IMG/VR virus record: IMGVR_UViG_3300017917_002349
Coordinates: 32,001 to 96,000 of that record
Strand: one strand, 5' to 3'
From: a virus
DNA: 64,000 nucleotides
Made by a program: the position numbers and the translations under genes. The notes below the pieces were generated by a model, which was given only the letters and a program-made list of their open reading frames with translations, had not been told where the DNA came from and ran no database searches. Of this stretch, positions 20,068-30,210 are shown piece by piece (the first letter of the stretch is position 1; each line of letters begins with the position of its first letter).

Positions 20068-21341
20068 TATTCGTCTGCCTTGGGTCTAAGAGCTTTTGAT
20101 AGGCTCTGTTTTTCTTTGATCTGTTTACCATTAATGGTATTGATCTTTTCATTGTTAACAAATGATGTTTTCTGAGTCAACCTTACATCTTTATCTAGGA
20201 AAACATCGTTAGGTGAACCACCCGCTACCACATCTTCGTTGCCCATGTTGCTCATAGTCATTCGTGTTACATCCTCTACTTTTAACCAACGCCTGCCATT
20301 ATATCTGAATAATCTTTTCGGTAGATAATCTGTTCTAAGATGATATTGACCATCTGCGGGTAGTAAAGGAAAACTTATACCTGCAGTAAAAGGAGCACCA
20401 TTAGGGGGAAGTCCGTCGCCGTCTCCGATCATCGGACCGTTATATTCGGGACTTCTAAAAATCGTTGACGATGTGGGGCCCACATATATAGGACGACCAT
20501 TTTCGTCCGACAAAGGATTACCGTTCTCGTCTGTGGCCCTGGTCTGAACGCTAGCGTCGAGTTGAGTACTGTCAACAGTGACTAATTCTACCCGACCATT
20601 TTCATCCTTCTGAAGCATATAATGTCTAGTGGTATCGTAGCCACTCTTAGGAGCGTCGGCTTCAGCTTGATCAAGAACAGCGGCCGTGATCTGCATTTCC
20701 TTTTCGTAGGTGCTCATCACGTCTCTTAAAGTGGTAGTACCATCTTCTCCGGATTCATCAGCTAGGCCGTCTAAGATATCCTTGAATTCTTGACTGTCTA
20801 CAAGAGGCTTACATTTAGCACGATAGAGATGCGGATACCAAGTAACCGAAAATCCCTCAGCAGCACGGGTGACTTCTTCTATAACATAAAAACGTTTGAG
20901 AGCAAATTGTAAGTCGTTAAGAGCGAACTCATCTTTAAGATGAGGTAATTCTATAACATCTCCTGCTATGATTTTTCTTCCAAGTTTTTCTATTGTGTCG
21001 TTGATATGAAAAGTTATAAAGATTGTATCGTTCTGTAAAAACAACCCAAACTGGCTGAGATTAAAATCTGTATCTTGTATATTATAGACCCCCCGCATGA
21101 CATAGATATCGGGATCGTATTTGCGATCTCGATTTTCTAAGAACAGCAAGTCCTGTATCTGAGTCACTGCTGTTTCATTATACAAGGGTGTCGTTGGCGA
21201 ATTTTCCAGACTAGAGCCCGGACCTAGATATTTGTGTACTAGGCAGTCAGTTCCGCCAATCTGGAACATTTCCCAGACAGTTTTGTCTATAAACTTATAA
21301 TCATTGCCCTTTTCGGGACGGTATAACGAGAGTCTTGGCAT
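20067..21341 (-). CDS. Neck / head-closure protein (T4 gp14-like)
   Basis: LSQFGLFLQND and GDVIELPHL motifs; lies between the gp13-like and gp15-like genes. Confidence 0.7.
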   Translation of the reverse strand: MPRLSLYRPEKGNDYKFIDKTVWEMFQIGGTDCLVHKYLGPGSSLENSPTTPLYNETAVTQIQDLLFLENRDRKYDPDIYVMRGVYNIQDTDFNLSQFGLFLQNDTIFITFHINDTIEKLGRKIIAGDVIELPHLKDEFALNDLQFALKRFYVIEEVTRAAEGFSVTWYPHLYRAKCKPLVDSQEFKDILDGLADESGEDGTTTLRDVMSTYEKEMQITAAVLDQAEADAPKSGYDTTRHYMLQKDENGRVELVTVDSTQLDASVQTRATDENGNPLSDENGRPIYVGPTSSTIFRSPEYNGPMIGDGDGLPPNGAPFTAGISFPLLPADGQYHLRTDYLPKRLFRYNGRRWLKVEDVTRMTMSNMGNEDVVAGGSPNDVFLDKDVRLTQKTSFVNNEKINTINGKQIKEKQSLSKALRPKADE

Positions 21342-21348
21342 AGTCTTA

Positions 21349-21364
21349 TATTTAGTGGTAAATA
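21349..21364. promoter_or_regulatory. Back-to-back late promoters (TAAATA on both strands)
   Basis: TATTTA 21349-21354 lies 7 nt from the minus-strand ATG 21341; TAAATA 21359-21364 lies 5 nt from ATG 21370. Confidence 0.7.
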
Positions 21365-21369
21365 ACTGT

Positions 21370-22128
21370 ATGAGTACTAATGACCAAGCCAGACAATCAG
21401 TCTACAACTACTGCAAAACCATGCTGGGCGACGGCATGATTGATATCGAACTAGATCCTTTACATTACGAAACAGCTCTAGATAGATCATTGGGTGTTTT
21501 CCGTCAGCGCAGCGATAATGCTGTAGAGGAAAGTTACTGTTTTTTGATGCTCGAGAAAGACAAAAACGAATATATTCTACCTAAAGAAATACAACAGGTT
21601 AGACAGCTCTTTCGTAGAAGTATCGGGTCAAGGACAGGTAGCGGCTCAGGCGGCACTGTGTTTGAACCATTTAATCTAGCATATACAAATACCTATCTGC
21701 TGAGTTCGACTAACATGGGCGGATTGTTAACCTATGAATTATTCAGCCAATATCAAGAACTGGTAGGAAAAATGTTTGGATCTTTCATTAACTTCACATG
21801 GCAGCCACAGAGTCGTAAATTGATGATACAACAGCGACCAAGAGGCGAAGAAGAAATATTACTTTGGGTCTATAATACCAAACCTGATTTTGCCATCATA
21901 GAGGACACCTATGCAGGACAATGGATCAAAGATTATACCCTAGCAAACTGTAAGATGATGTTGGGTCAAGCACGTGAAAAATTTTCGCAGATCGCTGGAC
22001 CACAAGGCGGCGGCAGTCTAAACGGTGCAGCAATGAAATCAGAAGCCACTGCTGATCTAGAAAGATTGACCAAAGAATTAGAAACTCTAGTTCCGGGCGG
22101 ATCTGGCTATACTTTTATCATAGGTTAA
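21370..22128 (+). CDS. Neck protein / head-tail adaptor (T4 gp13-like)
   Basis: Start moved to ATG 21370; LGDGMIDIELD, WIKDYTLA and KFSQIAGPQGGGSLNG motifs. Confidence 0.8.
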   Translation: MSTNDQARQSVYNYCKTMLGDGMIDIELDPLHYETALDRSLGVFRQRSDNAVEESYCFLMLEKDKNEYILPKEIQQVRQLFRRSIGSRTGSGSGGTVFEPFNLAYTNTYLLSSTNMGGLLTYELFSQYQELVGKMFGSFINFTWQPQSRKLMIQQRPRGEEEILLWVYNTKPDFAIIEDTYAGQWIKDYTLANCKMMLGQAREKFSQIAGPQGGGSLNGAAMKSEATADLERLTKELETLVPGGSGYTFIIG

Positions 22129-22130
22129 GC

Positions 22131-22496
22131 ATGAGAGCACGAGAATTTATACCTGAAGGAAGAGATGTTAAACCTCTGCGTAAGAGTGTTAAACAATCGA
22201 TGAATAACCTTACTACCTATAATACATTAGATAATAATAATCATCCATATATGGCCTACAGATTTGGTATAGCATTAGCTGGTAGTCCAGAAGTAGACAT
22301 GGATAAAAAATCTACTATCGCTAGTAATTTTACCATGGCAGATTATACAGAAGCAGAAACTGAAATACGCCGTGGCGCGGAAAAAATCATGGGCGTCAAA
22401 GCTTCAACCAGTACAGGCAAGGGATCAGAAGAACTAAAAACAGTCAACGATGTTAGTCCCGTAGCCAAACCTAAAAAGAACAAATACGGCGTCTAA
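22131..22496 (+). CDS. Hypothetical protein, possibly internal to the head
   Basis: 121 aa; N-terminus MRAREFIPE resembles a capsid-targeting peptide. Confidence 0.5.
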   Translation: MRAREFIPEGRDVKPLRKSVKQSMNNLTTYNTLDNNNHPYMAYRFGIALAGSPEVDMDKKSTIASNFTMADYTEAETEIRRGAEKIMGVKASTSTGKGSEELKTVNDVSPVAKPKKNKYGV

Positions 22497-22501
22497 AACT
22501 C

Positions 22502-22530
22502 TTGACAAAAAAATAAATTGGCTTTATTAT
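22502..22530 (+). promoter_or_regulatory. Sigma70-like promoter
   Basis: TTGACA-17 nt-TATTAT, then an AGGAG RBS before 22551. Confidence 0.7.
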
Positions 22531-22550
22531 AATCATAATAGGAGACAATT

Positions 22551-23207
22551 ATGATCATAGGTATTTGCGGATTTATTGGCAGCGGTAAAGATACCATCGC
22601 TGACTATCTAGTTAATTTTCACGAGTTTAGACGGGAGAGTTTTGCGTCGACTCTTAAAGATGCTGTAAGCGCGGTGTTTGGATGGGACCGAACACTGTTA
22701 GAAGGGCGCACTAAAGAAGCTCGTGAATGGCGTGAACAAGTAGATCCGTGGTGGGCAGAACGTTTAGATATGCCCACACTCACTCCTCGTTGGGTTCTAC
22801 AATACTGGGGCACAGAAGTTTGCCGTAAAAGTTTCCATGACGATATCTGGATTGCCAGCCTCGAAAATAAACTTCGTAATTCTAAAGATCATGTGGTTAT
22901 TTCAGATTGTCGTTTTCCTAACGAAATACAAAGCATACGTAATGCTGGCGGAAAAATTATTTGGGTGACTCGGGGAGCACTACCTGAATGGTATCAGTAT
23001 GCTCTTGCTGCCAATCAATTAGGTAGTAATCTAGCTATTAATGAACTCAAAATGCGTAAAATACATGCGTCCGAAACCGCATGGGTAGGTACTGATTTTG
23101 ATCATATCATAGAAAACGATTCTACTATATCTGCATTATACGAACAGATGAGATCAATAGTCGGCGGTCAAGTCGCCCTGTCTCCAGGTGATACCCTCTT
23201 TGCCTAA
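22551..23207 (+). CDS. Deoxynucleoside monophosphate kinase (T4 gp1-like)
   Basis: IIGICGFIGSGKDT P-loop, FASTLKD, TPRWVLQYWGTE, ISDCRFPNE and HASE motifs. Confidence 0.9.
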   Translation: MIIGICGFIGSGKDTIADYLVNFHEFRRESFASTLKDAVSAVFGWDRTLLEGRTKEAREWREQVDPWWAERLDMPTLTPRWVLQYWGTEVCRKSFHDDIWIASLENKLRNSKDHVVISDCRFPNEIQSIRNAGGKIIWVTRGALPEWYQYALAANQLGSNLAINELKMRKIHASETAWVGTDFDHIIENDSTISALYEQMRSIVGGQVALSPGDTLFA

Positions 23208-23489
23208 TATTTGGGCACAGTTACAACATACAGTTTTAAGATTGGCGGGCCTACAGTTATTTAGGTCCCCGTCTACATGAAAAACTCTATATACCTCTTT
23301 GTGAGGACTCTTATAACCGCATTTGTCACAGACATTCTTTAGCTTATATCCGTGCCTGAGCCAACGGGGAATACCATGATATATTCCGTTAGACAAACAT
23401 ATTTCGCAGAGCCTACGATAGTAGGCTTTGCCTTTTTTATAATAATTAATAGCTCTGGGTCTTTGCCCACACTTACAAAGGGGTCTCAT
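23154..23489 (-). CDS. Zn-binding HNH-family endonuclease-like protein
   Basis: Several Cys pairs, and FHVDGDLNNCRPANLKTVCCNC; TAAATA 5 nt upstream. Confidence 0.7.
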   Translation of the reverse strand: MRPLCKCGQRPRAINYYKKGKAYYRRLCEICLSNGIYHGIPRWLRHGYKLKNVCDKCGYKSPHKEVYRVFHVDGDLNNCRPANLKTVCCNCAQILGKEGITWRQGDLTADY

Positions 23490-23593
23490 AAAAATATTTA
23501 AGCCTTTTCTGCCCCTTTTTCTTTTGGTATAACCGCCCGTTTTTGTAAACTACCGCTAAATAATATGAGCAACTATTACCAGGAGAATAAGGT

Positions 23594-26500
23594 ATGGCAC
23601 TAGTATCCCCAGGCGTACAAGTTACGGTAATTGATGAGAGTTTTTATACACCAGCTGAACCTGGTACAACTCCACTTATCGTAATAGCTACAGCCGAAAA
23701 TAAATCTAATGCAGCAGGCACTGGAACTGCTGTGGGCACTACCGCAGCCAATGCGGGCAAAGTATTTAAGGTCACAAGTCAGAGAGAACTTGTTGACACA
23801 TATGGAGTACCTTTCTTCGAAAAGACAGCAAGTTCTACTCCAATCCATGGTTCGGAAAGAAACGAATATGGTCTATTAACAGCTTACAGTTTCTTGGGCG
23901 TTAGCAATGCAGCATTCATTCTACGTGCAGATGTAAACTTAGACGAATTAGAAGCACAAGCCACTGTCCCGGGAGCGGAACCTATTGATGGCACTTGGTG
24001 GGTAGACACACAGGCAACTACATGGGGTATCCAAGAATGGAATGGTGCAGCAGCAACTACCACAGGCGGTCAGAAATTTGCCTTTAAGACACCTATCGTT
24101 TTAACAGACGCAGATGTGGCCAAGATCGAAAGCAATGCTCCAAAAGGATCAGTTGGTTCTATCGGTGATTATGCTATAGTTCTTGAAACAGTCAAAGGCG
24201 AAGATAATCTACTATCATTTACAGCCAGTAAAGAATTGGCCAGAGTTTGGTTCAAAAGCCCAGGCGGCACATATGCCAGCGGTTCATTAGTAGATCCGGG
24301 ACAATGGGTACTAGTAGGTAGTCCAGAATGGAAAGCTAGCTGGCCAGTAGTCACCGGCAGCGGCACTACATCTTTACCAGCAGGTAGTTTTACACTAAAT
24401 GGAACTCCTATCAGCGTTAGCGGTGGAACTAGTTATAGTACACTAGCAGGAAATATCAACAGTTTATGCAGCAGCCAAGGAATTAGTGCAAAAGTTTCTG
24501 CAGCAGGCTTCTTACAGATTTTTGTAGACGGTACAGATTCAGCAGCATCTGACTCTTCAGCTATCAGCAGAGGTATTTTAACCGTAGGCGGTTCGTCTGG
24601 TACTGGCACTGTGTTAGCTGCACTTGGAATCAGCGCAGGTGATTACTATCCTCCTTCACTACAACAGACTCCTCATACACAAGTTCCAACATGGAAATCA
24701 AGTGGTGCTACTCCTAGACCGTCGGGTTCAGTATGGATCAAGACCACAGAACCTAATCTAGGTGCTCGTTGGAGAATCAAGCGTTGGAACTCAGCAACTA
24801 AAACATGGATTGAGATTTCAGCTCCTATCTATTCTAGCACATACTCTGCTCTATACTATCTAGATCGAAGTGGCGGCGGAGTTAATCTTGGAGCCAATGC
24901 ATTATTTGTGCAGTCTAATGCCAATGAAGAGGTTGGTCAAGAAGAAACTGCATCATTTAGAATCTGGAAAAGACGTGCATCGGGTGCTACAGTAATTACT
25001 TCTGCAGCGATCACATCGAGTTCATTTACTGCAGGCGATTATACATTTGATCTAGCAGAATCTCTAGCAGGCGAGTCAGCACTAAGCTCTTATAAAACTA
25101 TAGAAATGACAGCAGCCAATGGAAACGCACTGGCACATAATGCTGCCGATGCAGATAAAATTGCAACTGCTATTAATGCAGCAGGTTTTGTACACATTGT
25201 AGCCGAAGTGACTTCAGATAACAAACTTCAAATCACACACAAAGCAGGTGGTGATATGAGATTTGATGACGGTACTGGAACACCACTGAATAATATTTTT
25301 ACAGCCTACAGCACATCAACGGGGATTGGTACAGCTAATTTCTACAGTGTAGAGTCTTTGGTAGACAGTGCTATCGGATATGTTGCTAGCAGCAAAACTA
25401 ATGAGTACCTGGCAACAAATTGGGCACCATTGGCCACAGACGAATTAAGATTCGCAGCATCCGGAGATGCACCATTGGCAGAACCAGAAGACGGACAACT
25501 ATGGTACACACCAAACTTCGGTGAAGTTGACATCATGGTACATAACGGAGAGATTTGGGTAGGCTATAAACACTCAACGTCTCCATATGCGGGAACTGAT
25601 GATAACGGTCCTATTGTAGCAGCAAGTATGCCTACTAAACAAAGCGACGGTACCAGCAATCTTGTAGCAGGTGATCTATGGATCAGTACTGCCGACATGG
25701 AAAACTTCCCAACAATTTACAGATATAATCCAGACGCAGGGACTACCGTAGCCGAAAGATGGCAGTTGGTAGACAAGACAGATCAAACCACAGAAGAAGG
25801 TGTATTGTTTGCAGATGCTAGATTCGGTATAAGTGGTGCATCAGGAAATACAGAAGGTTCAATTAAAGAACTTCTAAGTATAAACTATGTAGATCCAGAT
25901 TGTCCAGACCCAGTACTATATCCAAAAGGTATGTTGCTATGGAATCTACGTCGTAGCGGTGGCAATGTCAAGCGTTATGCAAATAACTACATCGACACAG
26001 CCAGCGACAATGTGAGATATCAAGCAGCTAACAGCGATTTAGGTAATCTCCCAACTGCAGGTGACGGTATGAGCAGTTATGCAACCGACCGTTGGGTAAC
26101 AGCTTCTCCTAATAACGAAGACGGTTCTGGCAGCTTCGGGCGTAAGGCTCAACGTGCATTAGTAGTTCAAAAATTGAAGAGTGTAATTGACACCAGCGAA
26201 GAGGCACGTGACGAAGAACGTAGAAACTTTAATTTAATTGCTTGCCCAGGATATCCTGAAGCACTCAGCAACCTAATTAACTTGAATCTAGACCGTGGAG
26301 TAACAGCATTCGTTGTTGGTGATACACCGTTGCGTTTACCTAGCAATTCAACAGCATTATTATCCTACGGTACAAATGCTAATGGCGCACTAGACAACGG
26401 CGACACAGGCATTGTTAGCTATGACGAATACTGCGCAGTATATTATCCAAACGGATTTACCACTGACCTAGGTGGTTCAAATGCAGTTGTTCCTGCAAGC

Positions 26501-27073
26501 CATATGATGCTAAGAACTATCGCTCTAAGCGATCAAGTTTCTTATCCATGGTTCGCTCCAGCAGGTACACGTCGTGGCGGAATTACTAATGCTACAGCAG
26601 TTGGTTACATAGATGCAAGTTCAGGTGAGTTCCAAAGCGTTGCGTTGAATGAAGGTCAACGTGACACATTGTATGATCTTAAGATTAATCCTATTCCGTT
26701 CTTTGTTGGTGTAGGCTTGGTCGCATATGGTCAAAAAACTCGTGCTAGAAATGCTTCTGCACTAGACAGAATCAACGTTGCACGTTTGGTGGTCTACCTA
26801 CGTAGCCAATTAAACAAACTAGCTCGTCCGTATATCTTTGAACCAAATGACAAGATTACCAGAGACGAAATCAAAGGTGCTGTAGAAAGCCTGTTATTAG
26901 AGTTGGTAGGTCTAAGAGCTCTGTACGACTTTGCTGTGGTGTGTGACGACAGTAATAACACCCCAAGCAGAATTGATCGTAATGAACTTTATGTAGACAT
27001 TGCTATTGAACCAACCAAAGCAGTTGAATTTATCTACATACCATTGCGTATCAAGAACACAGGAGAGATTTAA
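23594..27073 (+). CDS. Contractile tail sheath protein (gp18-like) with large insertion domains
   Basis: LVSPGVQVTVIDES start, PWFAPAGTRRG, ALDRINVARL and FEPNDKITR motifs; TAAATA at 23557 and AGGAG RBS. Confidence 0.93.
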   Translation: MALVSPGVQVTVIDESFYTPAEPGTTPLIVIATAENKSNAAGTGTAVGTTAANAGKVFKVTSQRELVDTYGVPFFEKTASSTPIHGSERNEYGLLTAYSFLGVSNAAFILRADVNLDELEAQATVPGAEPIDGTWWVDTQATTWGIQEWNGAAATTTGGQKFAFKTPIVLTDADVAKIESNAPKGSVGSIGDYAIVLETVKGEDNLLSFTASKELARVWFKSPGGTYASGSLVDPGQWVLVGSPEWKASWPVVTGSGTTSLPAGSFTLNGTPISVSGGTSYSTLAGNINSLCSSQGISAKVSAAGFLQIFVDGTDSAASDSSAISRGILTVGGSSGTGTVLAALGISAGDYYPPSLQQTPHTQVPTWKSSGATPRPSGSVWIKTTEPNLGARWRIKRWNSATKTWIEISAPIYSSTYSALYYLDRSGGGVNLGANALFVQSNANEEVGQEETASFRIWKRRASGATVITSAAITSSSFTAGDYTFDLAESLAGESALSSYKTIEMTAANGNALAHNAADADKIATAINAAGFVHIVAEVTSDNKLQITHKAGGDMRFDDGTGTPLNNIFTAYSTSTGIGTANFYSVESLVDSAIGYVASSKTNEYLATNWAPLATDELRFAASGDAPLAEPEDGQLWYTPNFGEVDIMVHNGEIWVGYKHSTSPYAGTDDNGPIVAASMPTKQSDGTSNLVAGDLWISTADMENFPTIYRYNPDAGTTVAERWQLVDKTDQTTEEGVLFADARFGISGASGNTEGSIKELLSINYVDPDCPDPVLYPKGMLLWNLRRSGGNVKRYANNYIDTASDNVRYQAANSDLGNLPTAGDGMSSYATDRWVTASPNNEDGSGSFGRKAQRALVVQKLKSVIDTSEEARDEERRNFNLIACPGYPEALSNLINLNLDRGVTAFVVGDTPLRLPSNSTALLSYGTNANGALDNGDTGIVSYDEYCAVYYPNGFTTDLGGSNAVVPASHMMLRTIALSDQVSYPWFAPAGTRRGGITNATAVGYIDASSGEFQSVALNEGQRDTLYDLKINPIPFFVGVGLVAYGQKTRARNASALDRINVARLVVYLRSQLNKLARPYIFEPNDKITRDEIKGAVESLLLELVGLRALYDFAVVCDDSNNTPSRIDRNELYVDIAIEPTKAVEFIYIPLRIKNTGEI

Positions 27074-27075
27074 AA

Positions 27076-27708
27076 ATGGCACTAACTTCATTAAATAGGA
27101 TTTCAGTTCCGCCAAGCAACGGTAACAGCGGTACAGCGTTGCTAATGCCTAAACTTAAATATCGCTTTAGGGTGATATTATTGGGTTTTGGAGTTGAGGC
27201 CAGCACTGAATTAACAAAACAAGTCGCTGATGTTAAAAGACCAGTGGTCACTTTCGAAGAAATGGCTATTGATATCTATAACTCCAAGGTAAAACTAGCA
27301 GGTAAGCCTAGCTGGGAAGATGTAACCATCAATCTTAGAGATGATGCTAACGGACAAATCCAGAAATTAGTCGGTCAGCAAGTTCAGAAACAATTTGATT
27401 TCATGGAACAAGCATCTGCACGTTCTGGTATCGATTATAAGTTCCAAACTAATATCGAAGTACTAGACGGTGGTAACGGTGCTTTAGAACCAGCAATCCT
27501 TGAAAAATGGGAATTATATGGTTGTTTCCTATCTAGCGCAGACTACGGTGATGCTAACTATGCAACTAATGAGCCAATGACTGTTGCTTTAACTATCAAA
27601 TACGATAACGCTGTACAATTTGCAGGTGCTACTGGTTCTGGTATCGAAAGAGGTATCGGTGCTCTAGTAGGAAGAACTATCGGCGAAACCGTAACTGGAC
27701 GTCGTTAA
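27076..27708 (+). CDS. Tail tube protein (gp19-like)
   Basis: Follows the sheath gene; PKLKYRFRV, KLAGKPSWE, WELYGCF and LTIKYD motifs. Confidence 0.88.
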   Translation: MALTSLNRISVPPSNGNSGTALLMPKLKYRFRVILLGFGVEASTELTKQVADVKRPVVTFEEMAIDIYNSKVKLAGKPSWEDVTINLRDDANGQIQKLVGQQVQKQFDFMEQASARSGIDYKFQTNIEVLDGGNGALEPAILEKWELYGCFLSSADYGDANYATNEPMTVALTIKYDNAVQFAGATGSGIERGIGALVGRTIGETVTGRR

Positions 27709-27729
27709 TTTTTAAATTGATTCAAAAGG

Positions 27730-27754
27730 ACCCAGATAATTTCTGGGTTTTTTT
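27730..27754 (+). terminator. Intrinsic terminator
   Basis: ACCCAGA-TAATT-TCTGGGT followed by a T run. Confidence 0.75.
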
Positions 27755-27771
27755 GTGGCATAAATATTTGT

Positions 27772-28899
27772 ATGGCAAATGCATTTACAAGATTTCTCAA
27801 TGGCGGTAGAAACGGTATAGTCACCGGAGGAGTCAGCGGCTTCTTGGGTGGCGTAGTACAGGGATTGACCAATCCTAAGGGTGTGGTCGCCGACTGGCGC
27901 CATGCTTCAAAATTATTCTTACCTAATTACTATCGACTAGCACCAAGAACAAAGTACATGTTCTATGTGCGATTTGAAATAGAAAAATCAGTTCTTGATT
28001 CTACAACATTCGGCAATAAACATGCAGATGAAATTGGCTATTTGATTAAGAGCACAGATTTACCTAAGTATAAATTTGATACTGTAACTAAGAATCAATA
28101 CAATCGTAAGCATGTAATTTATAAAAATTTTGCATACGAACCATTAACTATGACCTTTAGAGACGATAGTCAAGGTATTATGAATGCATTATGGGCTATC
28201 TATATGGGAACATATGTTCAAGATAGACATAATCCCGATAGTGCATTTAGTAAAACTAATCTACGTGCCGAAGGAGATCCCAGAACAGCCTTTAGATATG
28301 GCCTAGACAAGCAAGGTAAATCAGCAGATTTCTTTACATCTGTCAGCATCTATACAATGAGTCGAAGAAGATTCTTAGGCTATACCTTAATTAACCCTAA
28401 GATCACTACATGGCAGCATGGTGCCGTCGATTATACCGCAAGCGAATTCAACGAAATGACCATGAACCTAGAGTACGAATCGGTGGTTTATTCTTCCGGG
28501 GAAGTTGGTGTAGATACTCCAAAAGGTTTTGCTACCCTATATTATGATAATGTTCCTAGTCCACTGACAGTGGCAGGCGGCGGTGTTTCAAATTTATTCG
28601 GTGAAGGCGGCGTCTTGGATGGCATAGAAAGTATATTTGGAGATGTAGCCGGCGGCACAGCATTCAGTAGTCCTGGAAGTTTTCTCAGCACAGCCATAAA
28701 GGCAGTTAACACAGCTAAAAATATAGGTAATCTCAGTAGTGCCAGCATCAAAGGCGAAGTAGTAAACATACTCAGCAGCCCTTCTACAGTATCGGGTATA
28801 GTGAATACTGTGGGCGGTGTGGTTGGAGCAGCGTTTCCTAAAAATTCAGGAACCAATACAAATACCCCTGCCGTACAAAGAAATTTAACAGGAAATTAA
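27772..28899 (+). CDS. Tube-fold baseplate / tube initiator protein (gp48/gp54-like)
   Basis: STDLPKY, NQYNRK, YEPLTMTFRDD and MNLEYE tube-like motifs; TAAATA 5 nt upstream. Confidence 0.6.
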   Translation: MANAFTRFLNGGRNGIVTGGVSGFLGGVVQGLTNPKGVVADWRHASKLFLPNYYRLAPRTKYMFYVRFEIEKSVLDSTTFGNKHADEIGYLIKSTDLPKYKFDTVTKNQYNRKHVIYKNFAYEPLTMTFRDDSQGIMNALWAIYMGTYVQDRHNPDSAFSKTNLRAEGDPRTAFRYGLDKQGKSADFFTSVSIYTMSRRRFLGYTLINPKITTWQHGAVDYTASEFNEMTMNLEYESVVYSSGEVGVDTPKGFATLYYDNVPSPLTVAGGGVSNLFGEGGVLDGIESIFGDVAGGTAFSSPGSFLSTAIKAVNTAKNIGNLSSASIKGEVVNILSSPSTVSGIVNTVGGVVGAAFPKNSGTNTNTPAVQRNLTGN

Positions 28900-28900
28900 T

Positions 28901-29269
28901 GTGTCTACAAATTTACCAGCTGTAGCGATCCAAGACAGTGGATCTGCAACAAAACTTTTTTTTGATACCTACGGAAAAAGTCCGCTTGAATTTGCTGCTA
29001 ACGAAGTTACCGCTGCTGTGGGATTTTTTGAATCAAGGGGATTTGATGAGGACGCGGCTAGCTCTGTGGCAGTGGTACTGCTCAAACAGGCCAAACTTGA
29101 AGGTATTCCGATTTATAAGATATTAGATACTCTCAAGGGATTTGACAGTGTTCAGATCAGTGCATTAGTAGGGGAAATTCTTAATAATAATCGCGGAGTA
29201 GGCAGCACATTAGGATTTCGTGTGGTCACAGTAGATAAACAAAATCAAACAAGGAATATTGCTGCTTAA
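28901..29269 (+). CDS. Hypothetical protein (tail/baseplate cluster)
   Basis: 122 aa, GTG start, fills the operon. Confidence 0.55.
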   Translation: MSTNLPAVAIQDSGSATKLFFDTYGKSPLEFAANEVTAAVGFFESRGFDEDAASSVAVVLLKQAKLEGIPIYKILDTLKGFDSVQISALVGEILNNNRGVGSTLGFRVVTVDKQNQTRNIAA

Positions 29270-29709
29270 TGCCTAGATTTGCACAGGGTCGATTTGAAAT
29301 GAAAAACCCTGCGAAATATGTAGGGAAGAAAACACCACTGGCTAGGAGTTCGTGGGAGTTCGTGTTCATGCGTATGTTAGATGAACACCCTGGGGTAGAA
29401 AATTGGGCCAGCGAAAGCATACAGATTCCATACAGGGATCCGCTAACAGGCAAGTACACCATATATGTGCCTGATTTTTTTGTCGTCTATAAAGACAAAA
29501 ATGGACGTAAGCATGCCGAAGTAGTAGAAGTTAAACCGCAGAGCCAAACTATTCGAGAATCTGTTGGCAAGAGTCAGTATAATCAAGAACAATATGTGAA
29601 AAATCTAGCCAAATGGGAAGCCGCAGTGGCCTGGTGCAAACAACAGGGTATTAGATTTAGGGTAGTCAACGAAGGCGATATTTTCCATCAAGGCTCAAAA
29701 CGCAGATAA
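29269..29709 (+). CDS. Head completion nuclease (T4 gp4-like, TnsA-type PD-(D/E)xK)
   Basis: NPAKYVG, RSSWE, WASE, YVPDF, EVKP and AKWEAA motifs. Confidence 0.88.
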   Translation: MPRFAQGRFEMKNPAKYVGKKTPLARSSWEFVFMRMLDEHPGVENWASESIQIPYRDPLTGKYTIYVPDFFVVYKDKNGRKHAEVVEVKPQSQTIRESVGKSQYNQEQYVKNLAKWEAAVAWCKQQGIRFRVVNEGDIFHQGSKRR

Positions 29710-29716
29710 GTACAAT

Positions 29717-30202
29717 ATGACTAAAAAGTTAGAAGAATTATTTAATCTAGAGGATACTAAGCCTGACCCAAAAGAAGTAGAAGAGGTTAAGATCAAAGAG
29801 CACGACGAAGTAAAAAGCCTAGATCAGAGTTATGCAGCAGTGGCTAAAATTACTCAAGAATTACCAGCGATCAAAGAATTAGATACTCTAGACGAACAAG
29901 AATTAGACGCCTTGTCTAAAAAAGCAGAAGATGCCTATGATGATCTAATGGATCTTGGCATGAATGTAGAAGTACGATATGCTGGACGTATATTCGAAGT
30001 TGCTGGTACTATGATGAAAAACGCTATCGATGCCAAAGCTGCAAAGATAGATAGGAAACTCAAAGCAGTAGATCTTCAACTTAAAAAATATAAGATCGAC
30101 AAGGACAACAACGAAGAATCCAACGATAATGTAATAAATGGTCAGGGATATGTGATAAGTGATCGTAATGAACTGCTTAAAAAATTAAGCAAAAAGGAAT
30201 AA
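29717..30202 (+). CDS. Candidate terminase small subunit
   Basis: Helical 161-aa protein upstream of terL, with RIFEVAGTMMK and a DRNELLK end reminiscent of gp16. Confidence 0.45.
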   Translation: MTKKLEELFNLEDTKPDPKEVEEVKIKEHDEVKSLDQSYAAVAKITQELPAIKELDTLDEQELDALSKKAEDAYDDLMDLGMNVEVRYAGRIFEVAGTMMKNAIDAKAAKIDRKLKAVDLQLKKYKIDKDNNEESNDNVINGQGYVISDRNELLKKLSKKE

Positions 30203-30210
30203 ATACTACT

